Positions 17,746-24,838 of a DNA stretch of 32,000 bases are shown here, in pieces (position 1 is the stretch's first letter; each line of letters begins with the position of its first letter). The notes beneath the pieces are model-generated. The model saw only the letters and a program-made list of their open reading frames with translations, made no database searches and was not told where the DNA came from. Origin of the DNA: Horticoccus luteus (GTDB lineage Bacteria > Verrucomicrobiota > Verrucomicrobiia > Opitutales > Opitutaceae); NCBI RefSeq assembly GCF_019464535.1, contig NZ_CP080507.1, positions 2,460,001 through 2,492,000 on the forward strand, written 5' to 3'. Position numbers and translations under genes: made by a program.

Positions 17746-18141
17746 ATGAGCATCGATTTGATCGTGCCTTTGGTTGAGCAGGTCGTCGACGGGCAGCGGG
17801 ACGAAAGCGAAGGCACTTTCTTTTCCTATCGGCATGCGCAGGAGATTCACGCTTTAGGAGTGAAGCACGAGTTCACTTCGGGGTCCTCGTGGTCTCAGGT
17901 ATGCGTCAGTGTCGTAGTCAGCTCCGCGCTCACACCGAAGATTTGGGTGCGAATTCTGTGGTCGCGACCGAAGCTCGAATACCCGAAAGAAGAAAGTATG
18001 CCATGGGAGTTTCCACTGTCGGAGGTAGGCGTTCGCATGTTCGCGAAGGAGTGGCCGGGAATTCGGACGCAGCTAGGACAAGCGATCGCAAGAGGTCGTC
18101 CTCCAGAAAAGCCTAACTCTGAGCGTTCTGCTGCGCCGTAG
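17746..18141 (+). CDS. cassette ORF, hypothetical protein
   Basis: 131 aa. ATG 6 nt after GTTAGGC. The reading frame runs through R'' GCCTAAC (18111) and stops 24 nt into the 55-bp palindrome. Confidence 0.55.
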   Translation: MSIDLIVPLVEQVVDGQRDESEGTFFSYRHAQEIHALGVKHEFTSGSSWSQVCVSVVVSSALTPKIWVRILWSRPKLEYPKEESMPWEFPLSEVGVRMFAKEWPGIRTQLGQAIARGRPPEKPNSERSAAP

Positions 18142-18165
18142 CGCGCAGCGGGACGCGGGTTGAAC
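18111..18165 (+). other. 55-bp attC-like imperfect palindrome (copy 3 of 5)
   Basis: GCCTAAC...GTTGAAC. R'' is complementary to the cassette start TTAGGC (17734). Confidence 0.7.
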
Positions 18166-18436
18166 AAGCCCGTTTCGAAGGCGTCCGCGGTTCCGTCCGC
18201 CGCTTATGCGTTTTGTAGTGGCCTCCGACCGCCGATGGGCGGAGCGCCGGACGGCGGCATCCTTCGCCGGTCGCGGGCGCACGTGCCGGTAGCGTCCGTT
18301 TTCGCCCGCCGAGAGGGAGTCCGCCACCCGTCACCGGGGGCGCGAGCCGTCTTGCGTCGGTCGCGGCCAAGGCTGCCGCCGGCGGCACGGGGCGCGGGCC
18401 GCAATAATATAATAAGTTGGTCCCTGATCTTTATAC

Positions 18437-19516
18437 TCATCGCTGGCAAAGGGGCGGCGCTCGCGCCTGCCGCGGCAGCGTGCCCACGCGCACGAGCGTG
18501 AACCGTTCGCAGTGCGGACAACGCAAGTGCCAGCGCGGCGCCTCCGGCGGCGGCGCCGCGAGCACGATCGGCTTTTGCAGCAGCGTCTCCACCGTCATCC
18601 GGCGGGCGTGCGCCGCCGGGTGCAACCAGCCGAAGTAACGCACGCGATGCTGGCCGGCCGGCGGCACGTGCTGCAAATACCGCCGCAGGAACTCTTCGGC
18701 GCCGAGCGTGCACTGCCGCCGCTGCTGGGTCTTCGCATCGGTATAGTTAAACACCACGTGTTCGTCATCGGCGACGACGAGGCGCTCGTCGCTGATCGCA
18801 GTGCGACTGACGTAGCGCGCGAGATAGCGCACGACCGCCTCGCCGCTGCCGGCCGGCTGGCAGTGCACGACCCAACGGCTCCGCCACGTGCCGGCCGGAA
18901 TCAAAGCGTGCCGCGCCGGAGCGCTCGCGCGCAGCACCGCCTCCATCCGCCCGCGAAACACCGCCGCCAGCTTCGCCACCGGCAGCAGCCAGTCGCGTTG
19001 CCGCGCGTTCACCCATTTATTGCCGTCGGCGCTGAGCCCGCCGCCGGGCACGATATAATGCACGTGCGGATGATGCTGGAGCTGCCGGCCCCAGGTGTGC
19101 AGCACGCCGACGAAGCCGAGTTCCGCACCGAGCAACCGCCGCTCCGCCGCGACTTGTTGCAACGTCGCCGCGCTCTCGCGGAAGAGCCGGTCGTGCATCA
19201 ACGCCGGCTCGGCGGCGAAGACCGCGCGCAGTTCCTCCGGCACGGTGAACGTCACCAAAAAATACGGCACCGGCAGCAGCCGCGCCTCCTGCTGCGCCGT
19301 CCACGCCGCGGTGCGCTCGCCGCCGCAGCGCGGACAAGCGCGATGGTGACAACTGTGATACGCGAAGTCCGTGCCCGCGCACTCCGTGCAGCGATACACA
19401 TGCCCGCCCAAGGCGGGCGTGCGGCAGCGGCGGATCGCTGCGAGCGCGCGCCGCGCCCGCGGCGCGCAACGCTCCGGCACGCGGGCGCGCGCCAGCCAGT
19501 CGGCGAGGACCGACAC
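18437..19516 (-). CDS. tnpA: IS91-family (HUH-Y2) transposase, single uninterrupted ORF including C-terminal zinc ribbon
   Basis: 359 aa with the same N-terminal, HUH and Y2 motifs. The C-terminus ...AAHARRMTVETLLQKPIVLAAPPPEAPRWHLRCPHCERFTLVRVGTLP is in frame. Confidence 0.85.
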   Translation of the reverse strand: MSVLADWLARARVPERCAPRARRALAAIRRCRTPALGGHVYRCTECAGTDFAYHSCHHRACPRCGGERTAAWTAQQEARLLPVPYFLVTFTVPEELRAVFAAEPALMHDRLFRESAATLQQVAAERRLLGAELGFVGVLHTWGRQLQHHPHVHYIVPGGGLSADGNKWVNARQRDWLLPVAKLAAVFRGRMEAVLRASAPARHALIPAGTWRSRWVVHCQPAGSGEAVVRYLARYVSRTAISDERLVVADDEHVVFNYTDAKTQQRRQCTLGAEEFLRRYLQHVPPAGQHRVRYFGWLHPAAHARRMTVETLLQKPIVLAAPPPEAPRWHLRCPHCERFTLVRVGTLPRQARAPPLCQR

Positions 19517-19519
19517 CGG

Positions 19520-20485
19520 TCAGCGCGGTTCGAGCAACCGCGCGACCGCCGCGCGAGCGTGGCTCTCGTTGACCGCCGTCAGATGCGTATAGATCAACGT
19601 CGTCTCCAGCGAAGCGTGCCCCAGATACGCCGAGATCAGCCGGATCGACACGCCCTCCTCGAGCAGATGCGTCGCATACGAATGCCGCAGCGTATGCACC
19701 ACCGTGCCCGCCGGCAGCCGCGCCTCGGTCCGCGCCAGCCGCAGGCAATGCTGCACCGAGCCCACGCCCAGCGGCTCGACGGCGGCCGCCAGTTGCGCCG
19801 CGCGCGCCGGTTGCTCGCGCCAGCCGCGGCCGACCCCCGGGAAAATCCACCGCGGATGCCGGTGCGTCCGCCAGAACGCGCGCAACTCGTGCAACATCGC
19901 CTCCGGCAGCGGCACGTAGCGCTCCTTGTTGCCCTTCGCCTCGCGGATATGCACGCGGCCCGCTTCGCGCAGATCGCGCACCTCGAGGTTGACCGCCTCG
20001 CCGATGCGCAATCCGCACGCGTAGATCAACCGCAGCAGTGTGCGGAAACGCAACTCGCGCACCACCGCGAACAGCCGCGCCACCTCTGCCCGCGTGAGCA
20101 CCGTGGGCAGCTTTTGCGCCGACGGCGAACGCACCAGATCGAACAGCTTCCAGTCGCGCCCGAGGTGCAGGCCGAAGTAGGCCCGCATCGCCGCCACCGC
20201 GGTTCGCATCGACGAGGGCGAGTAGTGGTGTTCGTCCTTCAACCGCAGCAGATGCGCGCGGACCGCGGCCTCATCGAGCGCGGCCGGATCGCCGCCGTGG
20301 CGCGCCGCCAGCTTGCGGACAAACCGCAGATACTCGGCCTGCGTCGCCGCCGCCAGCGAACGCAGCCGCATCGTCTCCGCGAAACGCTGCACCGACTCCG
20401 GATCGGGTGCGTGGATCTTCCTGGCGCCACCCCGGAGCGTGGACGCGTGCGTGGACTCTCTTCCCGTCGATTTTGATGTGGGCAT
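19520..20485 (-). CDS. tyrosine recombinase/integrase (element-borne)
   Basis: 321 aa, near-identical to 12996..13961. ATG at 20485. Confidence 0.88.
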   Translation of the reverse strand: MPTSKSTGRESTHASTLRGGARKIHAPDPESVQRFAETMRLRSLAAATQAEYLRFVRKLAARHGGDPAALDEAAVRAHLLRLKDEHHYSPSSMRTAVAAMRAYFGLHLGRDWKLFDLVRSPSAQKLPTVLTRAEVARLFAVVRELRFRTLLRLIYACGLRIGEAVNLEVRDLREAGRVHIREAKGNKERYVPLPEAMLHELRAFWRTHRHPRWIFPGVGRGWREQPARAAQLAAAVEPLGVGSVQHCLRLARTEARLPAGTVVHTLRHSYATHLLEEGVSIRLISAYLGHASLETTLIYTHLTAVNESHARAAVARLLEPR

Positions 20486-20586
20486 AGACCCGCAGCCTTG
20501 CCAGCCACCGCACTCCCGCCCATCCTTCCGCCCGTGCCCCGCCCCGCACTATATACACCCGCTCACCCCCGCCGCGCAGCGGCTTG

Positions 20587-20647
20587 GTTCAACCAGGCGC
20601 TACAGCCAACGGCCGCAGCCGGCCGTGGCTGATCTCGAACGTTGGGC
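20587..20647 (+). other. attC-type site (61 bp) GTTCAAC-CAG...GAAC-GTTGGGC
   Basis: Central stem CGGCC-GCA-GCCGGCCG, flanked by CAGGCGCTACAGCCAA / GTGGCTGATCTCG. R' GTTGGGC at 20641. Confidence 0.65.
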
Positions 20648-20656
20648 AAAACAAAG

Positions 20657-21148
20657 ATGAAGCGCGGCCAGGTTCACAGGGCTTTTGTCGAGCAGTTCTC
20701 ATTTCCTCCGCTGGAGCGGCCAGCGCCCGTGACGCACAGCGCTTTGCTCGCAGTCGAGGAAAGCCTCACGACCACGTTTCCTTCGTCTTACCTTTCATTT
20801 CTCGTCGAACACGGTCCGATCTTCACGCCGGACATTCTGCCTCTGATGGTCGCTGCTCATGAAGTGGGCGGTAGCCCTGAAAAAGAAGGCTTCGACGTTC
20901 GGGAGTTTTTTCCTCCAGCCGAGATCGTGCGGACGTATTCGCTCTACGTCAGTGGCGGCATGGATCATTCGCTTATTCCATTCGCCATGGATTCGGGTGG
21001 AAGCGTGTTTGGTTTTCGGAGAGAGAAGATCGAAGTCCGTCCAGACGATGCTCCAGTTTTGTTCTTCGATCACGACTATTGCCAGATTCGTCCCGAAGCG
21101 GATTCTTTCGATGCGTGGCTCGAAGGATTTCTGGGCCTCAAAGCGTGA
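20657..21148 (+). CDS. cassette ORF, SMI1/KNR4 (SUKH-1) family protein, immunity-protein-like
   Basis: Track ORF 20642..21148 starts at a TTG in the core site. ATG 20657 is preferred. The layout ALLAVEESLTTTFPSSYLSFLVEHG...IPFAMDSGGSVFGF...FFDHD resembles the SMI1_KNR4 fold signature. Family assignment is from memory, not from a search. Confidence 0.6.
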   Translation: MKRGQVHRAFVEQFSFPPLERPAPVTHSALLAVEESLTTTFPSSYLSFLVEHGPIFTPDILPLMVAAHEVGGSPEKEGFDVREFFPPAEIVRTYSLYVSGGMDHSLIPFAMDSGGSVFGFRREKIEVRPDDAPVLFFDHDYCQIRPEADSFDAWLEGFLGLKA

Positions 21149-21158
21149 AAAAGAAAAG

Positions 21159-21213
21159 GCCCAACTCTGAGCGTTCTGCTGCGCCGTAGCGCGCAGCGGG
21201 ACGCGGGTTGAAC
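21159..21213 (+). other. 55-bp attC-like imperfect palindrome (copy 4 of 5)
   Basis: GCCCAAC...GTTGAAC. R'' is complementary to the cassette start TTGGGC (20642). Confidence 0.7.
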
Positions 21214-21263
21214 AAGCCCGTTCCGAAGGCAGCAGGAGCGTCGACCGCCGCTTATGCGTTTTG

Positions 21264-21675
21264 GATAAAGCCACAAAACCGCACGCCTTGACTCTAGACA
21301 AACGAAGCGAATAGCGGCACTCCCGCCCGAGCACGTTGCACACGCCAAGTTTCCAAGCTCGACGAAAGACGTTTCGCATTGCTCTCGCCATCCGCATCTT
21401 GCGCAACGTCTTCTCCAAGCCCCCCCGGTCTGAACTCCCCTGTCCATACACGCGCAACTCGCCTTCGCGGCTGCCTTCAGCTGTCGCTATCGTGATTGTA
21501 TCTTTGTGGACATCCAAGCCCACGTATCTTTGCTTGAGCTTCATGTGCTTGCCTCTGGTTTTGGTTGTTTCGGTTACACGCCACACCCCTGCGGATCGGC
21601 GCTCTTCGAGCGTAACCCGCGTTCACCAAAGACAAACACCCACTTCGCTTTCCGCTCCTTCATCGCAGCTATAAT
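21264..21675 (-). mobile_element. degenerate IS110-family footprint A
   Basis: Homologous to 22607-23006. Retains the transposase 5' region and the first ~50 codons. Ends at ...CATCGCAGCTATAAT, 2 nt before the next cassette's core-like CCTAGGC. Confidence 0.7.
21395..21544 (-). pseudogene. IS110-family (DEDD) transposase N-terminal remnant
   Basis: From ATG 21544: MKLKQRYVGLDVHKDTITIATAEGSREGELRVYGQGSSDRGGLEKTLRKM, the canonical IS110 N-terminus (VG[IL]DV[HS]K). The rest of the ~350-aa enzyme is missing. The lower coordinate is approximate. Confidence 0.7.
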
Positions 21676-21690
21676 ACCTAGGCAACAATT

Positions 21691-22182
21691 ATGAAGCAGT
21701 CACTCGCGTCCCTTCTCTGCGTCTCAGTCTTTATCAGCGCTGGATGCGTGTCGGTCACTCAGCAGCCTACGGACGCGCCCATGACTCCGAGCAAAGCTTA
21801 CGTTGCTCGGTTCTTCGAAAAGCACTCGTGGAAGTCGTTCGAGGCTTGCACGGTCCGGTCAGCGGACGTTCCCAAGGACGGCGCTTCGTGTGAGTTTATC
21901 AAACGCGGCGATGAGCTCATTTCTGCCGTGCCGCCGGGTCGGCACAAATTGTATTTGGACGTTATGACGTCATCCGAAAGCGTCTTTCGTAGCTTTGGCA
22001 CTGCGAAGTTCGCGCTGACGGCCGACCTCCAACCTGGAGTTATGTATGCAGTTTCGTTGGCGCGATCCGGTGATCGAGTGGAAGTGAGCATCGTCGACCG
22101 TGCGAGCCGAGCGGTTGTCTCTGAAAAGCTTTCGTTCGACATCCACCATCCGGTGATAATTCCAATACCAGTTCCGATATGA
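21691..22182 (+). CDS. cassette ORF, putative lipoprotein
   Basis: 163 aa. Signal peptide with lipobox MKQSLASLLCVSVFISAG|C. Markedly lower GC than the flanks. Confidence 0.65.
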   Translation: MKQSLASLLCVSVFISAGCVSVTQQPTDAPMTPSKAYVARFFEKHSWKSFEACTVRSADVPKDGASCEFIKRGDELISAVPPGRHKLYLDVMTSSESVFRSFGTAKFALTADLQPGVMYAVSLARSGDRVEVSIVDRASRAVVSEKLSFDIHHPVIIPIPVPI

Positions 22183-22514
22183 AGCCGCTAGGCAGAAACA
22201 GAAATATGAAGCGCCTATTCCTGCGTTGGTTTTTCTGCGGCACGCCCGCTGAATACGAAGAGGGGAAGCAAATTCACTTCTCCGAACTGAAGGTATATCG
22301 GAAGCGTTGGTATTACATTGCGGGCCTTGTGCTCACCGTTCTTCCTCTCGTTTATCTGATTCGGCAATACGACTCATGGGAGGTTTGGATGTGTGTCTTG
22401 TCTGTCGCTATCGGAAATATGCTGATTCGCGATACCATTTCCGAGCATTACGTTGTGAAGCTCCTGCGCTCTAGGCGCCCAACAGATGTAATTAGAAATG
22501 AAAAAGAAGCCTAA
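22179..22514 (+). CDS. cassette ORF, small membrane protein (2 TM)
   Basis: 111 aa. ATGA overlap with the preceding ORF. TM helices YYIAGLVLTVLPLVYLI and VWMCVLSVAIGNMLI. The stop TAA lies inside R'' GCCTAAC. Confidence 0.55.
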   Translation: MKPLGRNRNMKRLFLRWFFCGTPAEYEEGKQIHFSELKVYRKRWYYIAGLVLTVLPLVYLIRQYDSWEVWMCVLSVAIGNMLIRDTISEHYVVKLLRSRRPTDVIRNEKEA

Positions 22515-22563
22515 CTCTGCGCGTTCTGCTGCGCCGTAGCGCGCACGGGGACGCGGGTTGAAC
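22509..22563 (+). other. 55-bp attC-like imperfect palindrome (copy 5 of 5, most diverged)
   Basis: GCCTAAC-TCTGCGCGTTCTGCTGCGCCGTAGCGCGCACGGGGACGCGG-GTTGAAC. R'' is complementary (5 of 6) to CTAGGC at 21678. Confidence 0.65.
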
Positions 22564-22606
22564 CAGCCCGGGACGAAGGCGGCCGCGGCTTCGGCCGCCG
22601 ATTATG

Positions 22607-23006
22607 TAGAAAGCCATCCAACCGCATGCCTTGACTATTGACCACCGAAGCGAATTTCGGGCACCTCTGCCCGAACACGCGAAACACGCCAATTTTCCGA
22701 GTGCGAGGCGAGACGTTCGCGTTGCGCCCTTGAACCAGATCGTGCGCGACGTCGTCTCCAAGACTCGCAGGTTTGAACTCCCCTGTCCCTCCACGCGCAA
22801 CTTGCCTTCCGCCGTCGCTATCGTGATCGCATCTTTGTGGACATCCAGGCCCACGTATCTTTGTTTGAGCTTCATGTGCTTGCCTCCGGTTTTGGTTGTA
22901 TCGGTTACACGCCACACCCCTGCGGATCGGCGCTCTTCGAGCGTAACCCGCGTTTACCAAGGACAAGCACCCTCCTCGCTTTCCGCTCCTTCATCGCAGC
23001 TATAAT
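22607..23006 (-). mobile_element. degenerate IS110-family footprint B
   Basis: Diverged copy of footprint A with small indels. Ends at the same ...CATCGCAGCTATAAT. Confidence 0.7.
22738..22875 (-). pseudogene. IS110-family transposase N-terminal remnant
   Basis: From ATG 22875: MKLKQRYVGLDVHKDAITIATAEGKLRVEGQGSSNLRVLETT..., then no further homology. The lower coordinate is approximate. Confidence 0.65.
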
Positions 23007-23021
23007 GCCCCGGTAAAATCG

Positions 23022-23507
23022 ATGATCGCCATTCACTGCAGCTTGATGTTCGTCGGCACATATTACTTTGCGGCGATCATTCAGACGTTGCTCCACCGAA
23101 TCTTCGGCCATCACGACCGCATTCGAAAGGTGTACGAGACGCATGCGAAGGGCCATCACGGAAAGTATCCGCCACATCGCCTGATTGCTGACGAGTGGTT
23201 GGACAGCGAGCAGCATGTGATGTGGTATTACGCAATTCCATTTGTCCCTGTGGCGCTATTGGTCGCGTGGCTTTTGGGGACGTGGCTTTTCTTGAGCCAC
23301 GTAGCTGCGATGGCGTTCGCGATCTGGTGGCACATCTATCTCCACAAGCAGTATCACCTCAGAGGTAGCGTTTGGGAGAGGTTCCAGTGGTTTAGGACGA
23401 AGCGCGAACTGCACTTCATCCACCATCGCGAGGTCCATAGGAATTACGCCATAGTCGAATACTGGATCGATGTTTTTCTCGGCACGCGCAAAGAGCCGAA
23501 CCAGTAA
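23022..23507 (+). CDS. small membrane protein with histidine boxes (fatty-acid hydroxylase / sterol desaturase-like superfamily)
   Basis: 161 aa. HRIFGHH, KGHHGKY, HIYLHKQYH and HFIHHREVH clusters between hydrophobic segments. No attC follows it. Confidence 0.5.
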   Translation: MIAIHCSLMFVGTYYFAAIIQTLLHRIFGHHDRIRKVYETHAKGHHGKYPPHRLIADEWLDSEQHVMWYYAIPFVPVALLVAWLLGTWLFLSHVAAMAFAIWWHIYLHKQYHLRGSVWERFQWFRTKRELHFIHHREVHRNYAIVEYWIDVFLGTRKEPNQ

Positions 23508-23577
23508 ACCTAAAACCAAAACCCCATGTCTTGACTCTTGACCCACGAAGTAGTGAACGGCGGTAGATCCCTTCGCC
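23508..23577 (-). mobile_element. partial IS110-family footprint C (transposase-distal end only)
   Basis: AACCTAAAACCAAAACCCCATGTCTTGACTCTTGACCCACGAAGTAGTG... aligns with 21268-21335 (AAGCCACAAAACCGCACGCCTTGACTCTAGACAAACGAAGCGAAT) and 22611-22680. Confidence 0.5.
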
Positions 23578-23597
23578 CACCATTCCGACGGCCCTAA

Positions 23598-24803
<1,206 letters not shown>

Positions 24804-24838
24804 CGCCCGCCGCCCCGCGCCGCCGTCGTTCGCGCAAC

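Larger units (their letters stand above)
18118..20593 (-). mobile_element. IS91-family element with associated tyrosine recombinase, copy 3 (2476 bp; 91 bp shorter)
   Basis: Same junctions as copies 1 and 2. It differs by a net 91-bp indel inside the tnpA 3' region. Confidence 0.75.
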
